Program-made: the position numbers and the translations under genes | The notes under the pieces: generated by a model | The model's input: the letters and a program-made list of their open reading frames with translations, nothing else | Told to the model about the DNA's origin: nothing | Database searches by the model: none | Virus record (IMG/VR): IMGVR_UViG_3300044639_001193 | Coordinates: 1 to 64,000 of that record | DNA: 64,000 nucleotides | Origin: a virus | Direction: 5' to 3' (one strand) | In this document: in pieces, positions 9,298 through 19,224 of the stretch | Layout: every line of letters starts with the position of its first letter | Numbering within the stretch: the stretch's first letter is position 1

Positions 9298-9896
9298 CAA
9301 GACCAGGAAGTGTTCATACTTCTTCATGTAGTTGCGCTAATTGTTCTGCTGATGTAATTCAAGTAGTTATACCAGGCACTGGTGGCGTTCAAGGAATTCA
9401 AGGCGTACAAGGTAGAACTGGAGTACAGGGTGCTCGTGGACTACAGGGAGTTCAAGGTACACAGGGAACTCAAGGTGTTCAAGGACGTCAAGGTACAACT
9501 GGAACTGGTACACAAGGTACCACTGGTACCCAAGGAACCACTGGAACAGGTGCCCAAGGCACAACAGGTACGCAAGGTGTTCAAGGCTTACAAGGTGGTG
9601 GCGTAACTCTTCAAGATGTAGAAGATGCTATTGCTAATTCAGCGCTAGATAACACTGATGATTTATCCGAAGGAACAACAAATAAGTACTTTACTGTGGC
9701 TCGTGTTTCGTACACACACACTCAAGGGTCTGCCAGCAACTCTTGGACAATTCCTCACGGTTTAGGGTTCTACCCTAACGTTACGGTTGTAGACTCTGCT
9801 GGTACAATATATGAAGGCGAAATTGCGTACACTAATACGAACTCACTTACGGTCTCCTTTTCAGCGGCATTCAGCGGTAAAGCATATTTATCTTAA
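9294..9896 (+). CDS. collagen-like (G-X-Y) fibre protein
   Basis: ATGA overlap at 9294; GVQ/GTQ/GTT triplets; TDDLSEG motif; C-terminal YTHTQ...WTIPHGLG domain. Confidence 0.8.
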   Translation: MTRPGSVHTSSCSCANCSADVIQVVIPGTGGVQGIQGVQGRTGVQGARGLQGVQGTQGTQGVQGRQGTTGTGTQGTTGTQGTTGTGAQGTTGTQGVQGLQGGGVTLQDVEDAIANSALDNTDDLSEGTTNKYFTVARVSYTHTQGSASNSWTIPHGLGFYPNVTVVDSAGTIYEGEIAYTNTNSLTVSFSAAFSGKAYLS

Positions 9897-9910
9897 GGAG
9901 ATAAACCACT

Positions 9911-12814
9911 ATGGCACGTAAGTTTCTGACACCGATTGACCTCAATAAACTTGAGTTGCAAAATGCACGTATCCAGAACCTTGCTTCTGCTCCCGCTGAC
10001 CCAGTCGTTGGTCAATTTTACTACGACACAACTCTTAACTACGTTCGCACATGGACTGGCTCTGCGTGGATTAATGCACTGCAAGGTGTAAACGGTGCAC
10101 AGGGCGAAACTGGAACACAGGGAACAACAGGAACTCAGGGAACAACAGGAACTCAGGGTACTGATGGAACTCAAGGTAATACAGGTGCTCAAGGTACAAC
10201 TGGTACCCAAGGAACCACTGGCACGCAAGGTACTGATGGTACAGATGCACTTTGGAACTTTACTGGCGCTTATAGTGGTGGTGCCTCCTACGCAGTTGGC
10301 GACGTAGCAACTTACGAAGGACAGACTTGGTACCGTGTAGGTGCTAATGGTGGAAATACTGGAGACACTCCTTCACCTGGATTCTGGACATTACTTGCTG
10401 CACAAGGAGTACAAGGTACTGAAGGCTCACAAGGTACAACAGGTACCCAAGGTGAGACTGGTACCCAAGGAGACACTGGTACACAGGGCGTTCAGGGTGA
10501 AACAGGTACACAAGGTGTGCAGGGCGAAACAGGAACACAGGGTACCCAAGGTGAAACAGGTATCCAGGGTGCTGAAGGTTCATTTGGTGGCGTAACTGTT
10601 CTTTACAACTACAACAACGCTGTTTACGCAAACAGCGCAACAGACAATCCATCAAGTGGAAACGTTAAATTTAACAACGCAGCACTAGGTTCTTCCACCG
10701 TGATGGCTATTCACGAAGAAGACCTTCTTGCAGTACAACTTAACAGTTACTTACAGACAATTGATGACTCAACATCAACAATCAAAGGTCACTTAAAGGT
10801 ATCTCAAAAGTCTAATCCTGCAGTATTTGCTCTTTACGCAATTAACACTTTGGCAGAGTTTGATGCTCAGAATTTCTTTGAAGTAGGAATCACATTCCTT
10901 AGCGGTATTGGACCATTTTATAATGGTGATGATGTACTTATCACATTTGCTCGTACTGGTGACGTTGGTGCTCAAGGTACGCAAGGTACTCAAGGCGAGA
11001 CTGGTACTCAAGGAGAAATTGGTACTCAGGGAACTACTGGTACTCAAGGTGAAACTGGTACTCAAGGAACAACAGGTACACAGGGTGAAACTGGTACCCA
11101 AGGTACTGATGGAACTCAGGGCGAAACTGGTACCCAAGGAGAGACTGGTACACAGGGTGTACAGGGAGAGACTGGTACCCAAGGAGTCCAAGGCGAAACT
11201 GGAACACAGGGTGTTCAGGGTGTACAAGGTGAAACTGGAACTCAAGGAGTTCAAGGAGAAACTGGAACACAGGGTGAAACAGGAACTCAGGGTGAAACTG
11301 GTACTCAAGGCGAAACAGGTACCCAAGGCACTACTGGCACCCAGGGTGACACAGGAACGCAAGGCGTACAAGGAGAGACTGGTACTCAAGGTATCCAAGG
11401 TGAACTCGGTACTCAAGGTGCTGAAGGCTCATTCGGTGGTATCACAGTTGCATACCTCTACAGTAACACCACCGCAATGTCAGACCCAGGCGACAACAAT
11501 GCTCGCTTTAACAACGCAAACCCAACTTTAGTTACACACCTTGCATTAGATGATAATCCTGCAGATGGTAACTACGATGTGTCTAGTTTCTTAACTACCA
11601 TTGATGATTCAACATCTACCATCAAGGGTCACGTAAAGGTATCTAGAAAATTTGAGACTGACGTTTTTGCACTCTACACAATCTCTGGTGTTACAGATTC
11701 AGCGCCACACTGGTTTGACGTAGAAGTTGCTTATGTATCTGGTAACGGCACATTTACTAACGGAGAAGAACTTCTCTTTACATTTGCCCGTACAGGTGAT
11801 GTCGGTGCTCAGGGTGCTCAAGGCCTACAGGGAGAAATTGGTACCCAAGGTACTACAGGAACTCAAGGCGAGACAGGCACACAGGGCGAGACTGGTACAC
11901 AGGGCACCACAGGAACCCAAGGAGAGACTGGAACACAAGGTACCCAAGGCGAAACAGGAACTCAAGGCGTACAAGGCGAGACAGGTACTCAAGGCGTACA
12001 AGGCGAACAAGGCACACAGGGAACTCAAGGAGTTCAGGGTGAGACTGGTACGCAAGGCGTTCAAGGAGAGACAGGAACCCAAGGTACAACTGGTACACAA
12101 GGTGAGACTGGAACTCAGGGAACCACAGGTACCCAAGGCGAAACTGGAACACAGGGTGAAACTGGAGCACAAGGTACTCAAGGTACTGAAGGTGCTGATG
12201 GAGATAAGTACTCCACCGCTGCAACTGGTTCAGTAACACTTGCAAACAATGGTGCTGGTTCAGTAACTGTCTCTGATGTGAATGTTGACTACACAGTTGG
12301 TCAAGACATCACTCTTGCTTACGATGTTTCCAACATTCAGTATGCGATTGTATCGGGGTACAACTCTGGTACTGGTGTACTTAGTTTTAATAAGACCAAG
12401 CACATTGGTTCAGGAGCATACTCAGTATGGTCAGTAAACCTTGCTGGTGCAGTAGGTATTGCTGGTGTACAGGGTACAACAGGTGCTCAAGGTGAGACTG
12501 GTGCTCAAGGAGAGACAGGTACCCAAGGTACTACTGGTCTCCAAGGAACTGACGGAACACAAGGTGTTCAAGGTATCTCTGGTACTGCAGATACATACGC
12601 TGCAAACATCACTCCAGTAAGCCCATACACAGCAACTACATTTGCTATCACTCACAGTTTCGGTACCAAAGATGTTCTTGTAACAGTGTGGGATTCAGTA
12701 ACAGATACTGAAGTAGTTACTGACGTTACAAAAACTAATACAAATACAGTAACTATCGGGTTTGCCGTAGCACCTGCTTCAGGGGAAACCTACCGAGTAG
12801 TTGTAAAGCAGTAA
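9911..12814 (+). CDS. large collagen-like fibre protein
   Basis: Four G-X-Y blocks (GTQ/GET/GVQ) separated by a CBM5/12-like segment ([14 protein letters not shown]) and two copies of an [11 protein letters not shown] domain, plus a short fifth block near the C-terminus. Confidence 0.85.
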   Translation: MARKFLTPIDLNKLELQNARIQNLASAPADPVVGQFYYDTTLNYVRTWTGSAWINALQGVNGAQGETGTQGTTGTQGTTGTQGTDGTQGNTGAQGTTGTQGTTGTQGTDGTDALWNFTGAYSGGASYAVGDVATYEGQTWYRVGANGGNTGDTPSPGFWTLLAAQGVQGTEGSQGTTGTQGETGTQGDTGTQGVQGETGTQGVQGETGTQGTQGETGIQGAEGSFGGVTVLYNYNNAVYANSATDNPSSGNVKFNNAALGSSTVMAIHEEDLLAVQLNSYLQTIDDSTSTIKGHLKVSQKSNPAVFALYAINTLAEFDAQNFFEVGITFLSGIGPFYNGDDVLITFARTGDVGAQGTQGTQGETGTQGEIGTQGTTGTQGETGTQGTTGTQGETGTQGTDGTQGETGTQGETGTQGVQGETGTQGVQGETGTQGVQGVQGETGTQGVQGETGTQGETGTQGETGTQGETGTQGTTGTQGDTGTQGVQGETGTQGIQGELGTQGAEGSFGGITVAYLYSNTTAMSDPGDNNARFNNANPTLVTHLALDDNPADGNYDVSSFLTTIDDSTSTIKGHVKVSRKFETDVFALYTISGVTDSAPHWFDVEVAYVSGNGTFTNGEELLFTFARTGDVGAQGAQGLQGEIGTQGTTGTQGETGTQGETGTQGTTGTQGETGTQGTQGETGTQGVQGETGTQGVQGEQGTQGTQGVQGETGTQGVQGETGTQGTTGTQGETGTQGTTGTQGETGTQGETGAQGTQGTEGADGDKYSTAATGSVTLANNGAGSVTVSDVNVDYTVGQDITLAYDVSNIQYAIVSGYNSGTGVLSFNKTKHIGSGAYSVWSVNLAGAVGIAGVQGTTGAQGETGAQGETGTQGTTGLQGTDGTQGVQGISGTADTYAANITPVSPYTATTFAITHSFGTKDVLVTVWDSVTDTEVVTDVTKTNTNTVTIGFAVAPASGETYRVVVKQ

Positions 12815-14290
12815 TTACATGAGCAAAAAAGCACTTGTCCCTGTAAATGTCCTGGCAACTCCATCAGAGCCAACAGGACAATACAAGGGCGACGTGTATT
12901 TTAACGAGAACACACAGAGTTTATTTATCTATAATGGTGGTACTTGGATTGAGTTCATTCCAACTGTAGCATCCGAAAACGGTGGAGCACCAAACTCTAC
13001 TTACACAGGCGCACAAGTAGATGGTGGAATTCCAGGACCACAAACTTTTGAATACACCTATGATGGAGGTACATTCCAGTGACAGTAAAGATTCAAGTAC
13101 GTCGTGGTACTGCAACTCAGTGGAACACTGCAGACCCAACACTGTCTGCTGGTGAAATTGGTTTTGAAACCAACACTGGTAAGTTTAAGATTGGTACTGG
13201 AAGTACCATATGGTCTGAACTTGATTACCACATTGACCAGGCAGACATTGAAAACCTTATTTCAGGTGCCGCTCTTGACAACACAGATGACCTTTCAGAA
13301 GGCGCAGTAAACAAATACGCTACAAATACTCGCATTGCTAATGCGCTAAATAGTGGCTCTCTACAAAACATCTCTTTTACCTATAACTCTGGGGCTCAAA
13401 CAATTGATGTCTCTGTACCTACCGTTCAAGGTACAACAGGAACCCAAGGAACCACAGGAACTCAAGGTACGACAGGAACCCAGGGAACTACTGGCTCACA
13501 AGGAACTACAGGTTCTCAAGGTCAACAAGGTACTCAAGGAGTACAGGGGTCTCAAGGACTTCAAGGAACTCAAGGCGAGATTGGAACCCAAGGAACAACA
13601 GGTACCCAAGGAACTACAGGACAAAACGGTAACTTTGGTGGAGCCGCTTTTGATTACACCTTTAGTACAACTGTAACTGCTGGAGACCCTGGTACAGGAA
13701 ATCTACGCTTTAACAATGCGACTCTTTCATCTGCTACAGCGCTGTTCATTGACTCTGAAAACGATGCTGCAACAAACCTTAGTAGTTATTTAAACACTAT
13801 TGACGATTCAACCTCTACTATCAAGGGCCACTACCGTGTGTCCAAGAAGTTTGATGACAGCGTTTTTGCGCTTTATACAATCTCTTCTATTGTAGACCAA
13901 ACAGGCTGGTTCACAGTAAACAGTTCTTACGTTTCTGGTAATGGAACATTTACTAACTCTGATGACATCGTAATCACTTTTGCTCGCACTGGTGATAAAG
14001 GTGATACAGGAAATCAAGGCACTACAGGTACCCAAGGTGCAACAGGCACGCAGGGTACGACTGGAACTCAAGGAACTACTGGAGCGCAAGGCGAGACAGG
14101 TACTACTGGTAGCCAAGGAACAACAGGAACCCAGGGAACTACTGGCTCACAGGGCACCACAGGTTCCCAGGGAACAACGGGTACTCAGGGCACTACTGGT
14201 GCTCAGGGAACTACAGGAGCAGGTACACAGGGCACCACAGGTACCCAAGGAACTACTGGAGCGCAAGGTACAACAGGCGCTACTGGTTCT
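10090..14290 (+). repeat. 9-bp-period coding repeats (GGN ACN CAR / GGN GAR ACN) in the collagen-like genes
   Basis: Degenerate tandem triplet-codon repeats in blocks around 10090-10240, 10405-10575, 10965-11425, 11805-12195, 13425-13630 and 13990-14290. Confidence 0.85.
12819..13082 (+). CDS. small fibre-associated hypothetical protein
   Basis: GDVYFN...LFIYNGGTW and DGG motifs common in phage fibre proteins. Confidence 0.7.
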   Translation: MSKKALVPVNVLATPSEPTGQYKGDVYFNENTQSLFIYNGGTWIEFIPTVASENGGAPNSTYTGAQVDGGIPGPQTFEYTYDGGTFQ

Positions 14291-14521
14291 TATGCTAACT
14301 CTGCGGCCCTTGCTTCCGCCATCTCTGATGAGACAGGTACTGGCGTAGTTGTATTTGGTACTGGCCCAACAATCTCTAACATTACTTTGACAGGAACTCT
14401 TACTGCAGGTGCTGCTGTTGGAACTAGCGGACAAGTACTTGTCTCAACAGGTTCTGGTATTCAATGGTCAACTCCTGCTGCAGGTGCTGCCTTCTCTGAG
14501 TTTATGCTGATTGGTGCTTAA
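13079..14521 (+). CDS. fibre protein with Mtd N-terminal/hyaluronidase-like anchor domain and collagen repeats
   Basis: KIQVRRGTATQW...L..GEIGFETNTGKFKIG.G...W..L.Y N-terminus; GTQ/GTT repeats. Confidence 0.85.
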   Translation: MTVKIQVRRGTATQWNTADPTLSAGEIGFETNTGKFKIGTGSTIWSELDYHIDQADIENLISGAALDNTDDLSEGAVNKYATNTRIANALNSGSLQNISFTYNSGAQTIDVSVPTVQGTTGTQGTTGTQGTTGTQGTTGSQGTTGSQGQQGTQGVQGSQGLQGTQGEIGTQGTTGTQGTTGQNGNFGGAAFDYTFSTTVTAGDPGTGNLRFNNATLSSATALFIDSENDAATNLSSYLNTIDDSTSTIKGHYRVSKKFDDSVFALYTISSIVDQTGWFTVNSSYVSGNGTFTNSDDIVITFARTGDKGDTGNQGTTGTQGATGTQGTTGTQGTTGAQGETGTTGSQGTTGTQGTTGSQGTTGSQGTTGTQGTTGAQGTTGAGTQGTTGTQGTTGAQGTTGATGSYANSAALASAISDETGTGVVVFGTGPTISNITLTGTLTAGAAVGTSGQVLVSTGSGIQWSTPAAGAAFSEFMLIGA

Positions 14522-14528
14522 CAACCGA

Positions 14529-14534
14529 TAGACT
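14529..14534 (+). promoter_or_regulatory. -10 box of a putative leaderless transcript
   Basis: TAGACT lies 6 nt upstream of ATG 14541 and there is no SD. Confidence 0.55.
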
Positions 14535-14540
14535 CCGCTC

Positions 14541-15548
14541 ATGAACTTGGTGCAAAAATCGGTACAACATGGTGGCAAATTACGCCCCTTAATCATTCCT
14601 GCTGAAGCCACTGGTGGAACTGGGTTAATGAACCCTTCTCCATTCCTAGATGATGATGGTGAATTGCTTCTTATTCTTCGCCATATCAACTACACGCTTT
14701 ACCACTCAGAGAACGACCAACGCTTCCCAAGTGTGTGGGGGCCGTTGTCGTATCTGCACCCAGAGAAAGACCAGCGTCTTGTTACACAAAACTTTTTGTG
14801 TCGGTTAGATGCAGACTACAACATTACTGACTACACATTAATTGATACAACAGAACTAGATGTAAAACCTATTTGGACGTTTGTTGGTATGGAAGATGCA
14901 CGTTTAGTTAAATGGAAAGGTAAGTACTACGGCACTGGTGTTCGTAGAGATACAACTACTAATGGTGTAGGCCGTATGGAACTACAGGAATTAGAGATTG
15001 ATAAAGAAGCCTTTACCGCAAAAGAAGTATCTCGTGTGCGTATTGAAGCGCCAATTGATAAAGACTCTTATTGCGAAAAGAACTGGATGCCTATCCTTGA
15101 TAAACCTTTTCATTACATCAAGTGGACTTCACCTACAGAATTAGTAGAAGCAAAGCCCACAACAAAAAAGTCTAAACAAATTTCTGTAGTAGAAGGCATC
15201 AAGGCTCCTGCAGACCAGCGTGGCGGTTCACAGGTACTTAAATGGGGCGAGTACTACATCGCTATCACGCACGAAGTTGCTCTCTATAAAAACTACCTAA
15301 AACAAAAAGACGGACAGTATCGCCACCGCTTATGCGTGTGGGATAAAGACTTTAAGTTAATTGGACTATCACCTGAGTCTTGGTCATTCCTTGATGGAAA
15401 AATTGAGTTTGTATGCGGTGCTGCAATCGTCAATGACAATCTTGTTATTGGGTTTGGATTCCAAGACAATGCTGCATTTGTATTAGAGGTTCCAAATGAT
15501 TTGGTAAACAACATGGTTGAGGAGGCGCTTTCTTATGGCACGGTATGA
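14541..15548 (+). CDS. glycoside hydrolase/phosphorylase-like five-bladed beta-propeller (GH130/GH43-like)
   Basis: NPS, EDARL, EKNWMP, RGGSQ, IEFVCG and FGFQD motifs. Confidence 0.75.
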   Translation: MNLVQKSVQHGGKLRPLIIPAEATGGTGLMNPSPFLDDDGELLLILRHINYTLYHSENDQRFPSVWGPLSYLHPEKDQRLVTQNFLCRLDADYNITDYTLIDTTELDVKPIWTFVGMEDARLVKWKGKYYGTGVRRDTTTNGVGRMELQELEIDKEAFTAKEVSRVRIEAPIDKDSYCEKNWMPILDKPFHYIKWTSPTELVEAKPTTKKSKQISVVEGIKAPADQRGGSQVLKWGEYYIAITHEVALYKNYLKQKDGQYRHRLCVWDKDFKLIGLSPESWSFLDGKIEFVCGAAIVNDNLVIGFGFQDNAAFVLEVPNDLVNNMVEEALSYGTV

Positions 15549-16848
15549 GGCTATTGATGATTTAATCGTTCAATTTTCTAAAGACCCATTTAATCCATGG
15601 CTAAGTTTACGCATTGCTGTTGAGTATGAGCGTGCAGGACAGACAGCATCTGCCGTCTCCTTCTACCTGCGTACTGCAGAATACGGCTACCACTCACACG
15701 GTGAACATGTTTATGCGTCTCTTTTAAAGGCTGCACACTGTTTTGAGAATCAAACAGGTAGAGAAACTACTGTTCGTAACTTGATGGAAAAAGCCATTGC
15801 ATACAGCCCTAAACGTCCAGAGGCATGGTTCCTCTTGGCTCGTTGGTATGAGCGCAATAAGAAGTGGCAAGAGTCTTACACTGCTGCATCAGTTGGGATA
15901 CACAACTTACCTTCAATATTTTCCCCACTTCCAGTAGATGTTGATTACGCAGGAGACTTTGTACTTCCATTTGAGAAGGCTGTTGCTGCATGGTGGGTAG
16001 GGCGTCAAGATGAAAGTGAACAAATATTCCGCACATTGTTGCAACAGAACTTGCCAAATAATTATCGCAATGCAATCAAGTCAAACATGGACAACCTCAA
16101 GATGTCCTACGAGTCACCAGCAGAGAACAACCCATTTGATAAGTTCTTAAGTGAAGGCTTTAAGGCTGTACCTGGTTGGGTAGTAGCAGACCTTCCAGAG
16201 TTCTTAAGGCTTCTTAAAGACGTTCCCTGGAACCAACAAGGTGGCGTTGGAGAAATCGGCGTTTATATGGGGCGCTTCTTTCTCTTGTTACGGGCAATGC
16301 TAGATAAGCCAGAACCCTCATACGGCATTGATATCTTTGAAGACCAAGAGTTAAACCTAGACTTCAGTGGTACAGACAAGGCACGCCAAGAAATATTTGC
16401 TAACTACATCCATAAGTATGATGCATTCCAAGGGGAGAATGTCCAAGTAATCAAGGGCGACTCAACTTCTAGTGCTACACAGGCTCTACTAGCCAAAAAC
16501 ATTAAAGAAGGTTCTCTTCGCTACATCTCAGTAGATGGTGGTCATACCAAGATTCACGCCCTTAACGACCTAAAACTTTCTGAGAAGTATCTAGCAGATG
16601 GTGGCGTTGTTATCCTTGATGATATCTTGCACCCACACTGGCTCGGTGTGATGGACGGGCTAGTCCAATATTTATCTGAGTTCCCCACCCTCGTACCCTT
16701 TGCAGTAGGGCATAATAAGATGTTCCTCTGCAAGTTCTCGTATCATCAAAAATACCTAGATGTTGCCTCAAAGAGCAAAAGTGCTACCAAACTCATTGAG
16801 TTTATGGGGCATAAACTTTGGGTCGTACAATGGGTAAATATCGGCTAA
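15535..16848 (+). CDS. TPR-repeat plus class I SAM-dependent methyltransferase fusion
   Basis: N-terminal helical repeats (AIAYSPKRPEAWFLLA); C-terminal GEIGVYMG, GIDIF, GDS, ISVDGGH and GGVVILDD; ATG 15535 follows GAGGAGG. Confidence 0.8.
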   Translation: MARYEAIDDLIVQFSKDPFNPWLSLRIAVEYERAGQTASAVSFYLRTAEYGYHSHGEHVYASLLKAAHCFENQTGRETTVRNLMEKAIAYSPKRPEAWFLLARWYERNKKWQESYTAASVGIHNLPSIFSPLPVDVDYAGDFVLPFEKAVAAWWVGRQDESEQIFRTLLQQNLPNNYRNAIKSNMDNLKMSYESPAENNPFDKFLSEGFKAVPGWVVADLPEFLRLLKDVPWNQQGGVGEIGVYMGRFFLLLRAMLDKPEPSYGIDIFEDQELNLDFSGTDKARQEIFANYIHKYDAFQGENVQVIKGDSTSSATQALLAKNIKEGSLRYISVDGGHTKIHALNDLKLSEKYLADGGVVILDDILHPHWLGVMDGLVQYLSEFPTLVPFAVGHNKMFLCKFSYHQKYLDVASKSKSATKLIEFMGHKLWVVQWVNIG

Positions 16849-16911
16849 CTTTTAACCCGTACAAACCGCTCTTAACCAGAGATAATAAAGCACTACCACC
16901 CAAGGAGTCTC

Positions 16912-17241
16912 ATGGCAACAGTTTACAAGGTTTTAGCGCAGAGCAATCCTGCAGCAACTACCGCAACTTCTCTTTATACAGTGCCTTCATCCACATCTAC
17001 TGTGGTATCAACAATCACTGTATGTAATCAAGCATCAACTGCAGGTACCTTCCGTATCGCAGTTCGTCCTGCTGCTGCTACTTTAGCGGCTCAGCACTAC
17101 ATTGCTTATGACACACCAGTTGCGGCTAATGACACAATTGCTTTGACTTTAGGAATTACATTGGCAACAACAGATGTCGTAACAGTCTACGCTTCTGCGT
17201 CAACAATGTCATTCAACGCATACGGCTCTGAAATAGCGTAG
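16912..17241 (+). CDS. small beta-rich virion protein
   Basis: AAGGAG SD; Thr/Ala-rich beta-sandwich-like sequence in the fibre block. Confidence 0.75.
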   Translation: MATVYKVLAQSNPAATTATSLYTVPSSTSTVVSTITVCNQASTAGTFRIAVRPAAATLAAQHYIAYDTPVAANDTIALTLGITLATTDVVTVYASASTMSFNAYGSEIA

Positions 17242-17251
17242 GTAATCGCTA

Positions 17252-17884
17252 ATGGCGATTAACAGATTCTCTCAGTCCTCAGTACAGAACGCTTTTCCAA
17301 AATACAACTCTCTTTGGGATGGCGTTAGTGCTGTTGGCGGTATGGACACCATTGGTTCAACAGTTATTGTTTCTGCAACTAATACTGTAACTTTTTCAAG
17401 TATTCCATCTACATATTCTCATTTACAACTTAGGTTTTATGCACAAACAAACCGTGCTACTTACATCATTGATGATAGTTTTTTAACTTTTAATGGCGAT
17501 GTAACTGGCGCAAATTATTATAGTCACAATATTTATGGCGCAGGTTCTAACGCTTATGCGGGCGCTTATGCAGGAAACGCTGGTGGTGGTCAAGGTATAT
17601 TTTGGCCTTATACCTTTGGTTCAACTGCTGGAGGAACAATAACAACTGTTTGGAGCAGCGGAATACTAGATATTTTAGATTATGCTAGTACAACAAAAAA
17701 TAAAACTGTTCGTTGTCTATGTGGTTCTAACTCTAGTGGTTCAGCCCCAGGAGGATATCCTTCTGCAGTGCTTTTAAACTCAGCAGTATGGGCTAATAAC
17801 ACTACTGCAATTTCTACATTAACTTTTAAAGCAAATGGTAACTTTACCGTTGGTTCTTCTTTTGCTTTGTATGGGGTTAAATAA
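17252..17884 (+). CDS. fibre-associated paralog A1 (shared N-terminal domain only)
   Basis: VTFSSIPSTYSHL...DILDYA...KTVR...FALYG signature. Confidence 0.75.
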   Translation: MAINRFSQSSVQNAFPKYNSLWDGVSAVGGMDTIGSTVIVSATNTVTFSSIPSTYSHLQLRFYAQTNRATYIIDDSFLTFNGDVTGANYYSHNIYGAGSNAYAGAYAGNAGGGQGIFWPYTFGSTAGGTITTVWSSGILDILDYASTTKNKTVRCLCGSNSSGSAPGGYPSAVLLNSAVWANNTTAISTLTFKANGNFTVGSSFALYGVK

Positions 17885-19224
17885 TGGCTACTAATAGACC
17901 TTTACAATCAGTAGTACTTACTTCAAGTGCTACTACAGTTACGTTTTCTGGCATTGACCAAAGTTATACAGATTTAGTTATAGTAGTTAATGCAAGCCAC
18001 AGCAACGCTACAACCGCAAATATGACTTTAGTATGCAACGGCGATACCGCTTCTAATTACACTTCAAATAGATTACTAGGAAGTGGGTCTGCAGCATCTG
18101 CTGCCTCACAAGGCGCTGGGTTTGCAATGGTTGGCGACATTGACGCAAATACTTTTACTTCAGTCATAAACATAAACAACTATTCAAACTCTAGTAACTA
18201 CAAACACATTCTTTCTAAAACAGGAAATACTGGTGCGTATCTTGGCATCTACTCTTCTATCTGGCGTGGCAGCACTGGCACCAGTAAGGAAGCAATTAAC
18301 TCTATTACTATAGGGTACAACGGCTCTGGTACTTTTAGCGCTGGTTGTACTTTTGACCTTTACGGTATTTCAGCAGGTTCACAAAAAGCAATGGGCGGTG
18401 ACGTTGTTGCTACTGATGGTACTTACTGGTACCACGCATTTAATTATTCAGGAACTTTTACTCCAATTTCAGCATTATCTGTTGACGTGTTAGTTGTTGC
18501 AGGTGGCGGTGGTGGCGCAGGCATGTCAGGAGGCTCAAGTTGCGGCGGCGGTGGCGGCGGTGCAGGTGGACTTGTTTACTACTCTTCACAGTCTCTTGCG
18601 GCATACTCTGCTAGACCAATAGTAGTTGGAGCAGGCGGTGTAGGGGGTGCTTCTGGCAGCAACAACGGCACCAATGGTACTGACTCTTCTTTTGCGACTT
18701 TAACTTCCAGCGTAGGCGGCGGTGGCGGCGGAACTAGCGGAACAAACGGACTTAATGGTGGTTCTGGTGGAGGTGCTGGACAAGGTTCTGGCGGTACTCC
18801 ACGCAGCGGTGGTACGGCTACTGCAGGTCAAGGTAATGCTGGTGGTGGTTCTACGGGACTAGGAGGCGCTGGTGGTGGTGGCGCTGGCGCAGTTGGCGGA
18901 ACAACAAACGATAATCTTGGACGTACGGGTGGTGCTGGAATAAACACTTACTCAACTTGGCATACAGCAACTAGGACTGGCGCTAGTGGGTACGTTGCTG
19001 GCGGCGGTGGCGGTGGTCACTCCCTTTACGGACCAACATCAGGAGTTGCAGGCGGTGCAGGCGGCGGTGGAACTTCAGGGTATTATTCCCCTAACCCATA
19101 CGGCATGGGAAACCCAACACCAGGAACAGCGAATACTGGAGGTGGCGGTGGCGCTGCTGGCGGTACAAACATGCCTGGCGGCAAAGGTGGTTCTGGTCTA
19201 GTTATTGTGAGGTATGCAGTATGA
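17884..19224 (+). CDS. glycine-rich fibre/adhesin-like protein, paralog B1
   Basis: Shared N-terminal domain plus a VVAGGGGG...NTGGGGG...GGSGLVIVRY Gly-rich domain. Confidence 0.8.
   Translation: MATNRPLQSVVLTSSATTVTFSGIDQSYTDLVIVVNASHSNATTANMTLVCNGDTASNYTSNRLLGSGSAASAASQGAGFAMVGDIDANTFTSVININNYSNSSNYKHILSKTGNTGAYLGIYSSIWRGSTGTSKEAINSITIGYNGSGTFSAGCTFDLYGISAGSQKAMGGDVVATDGTYWYHAFNYSGTFTPISALSVDVLVVAGGGGGAGMSGGSSCGGGGGGAGGLVYYSSQSLAAYSARPIVVGAGGVGGASGSNNGTNGTDSSFATLTSSVGGGGGGTSGTNGLNGGSGGGAGQGSGGTPRSGGTATAGQGNAGGGSTGLGGAGGGGAGAVGGTTNDNLGRTGGAGINTYSTWHTATRTGASGYVAGGGGGGHSLYGPTSGVAGGAGGGGTSGYYSPNPYGMGNPTPGTANTGGGGGAAGGTNMPGGKGGSGLVIVRYAV

Noticed and set aside
10090-14290. Repeats considered as a CRISPR array or satellite
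   Set aside because: They are degenerate at wobble positions, in frame within CDSs, and have no constant-repeat/unique-spacer structure
9367-14434. Many long minus-strand and alternate-frame ORFs over the collagen-like genes
   Set aside because: They are shadows of the 9-bp-period GGN-ACN-CAR repeats, which lack stops in other frames; they have no RBS and oppose the uniform plus-strand layout
13079-14521. Diversity-generating retroelement suggested by the Mtd-like N-terminus
   Set aside because: Only the anchor domain is present; no reverse transcriptase or adenine-mismatched TR/VR pair is seen in the window
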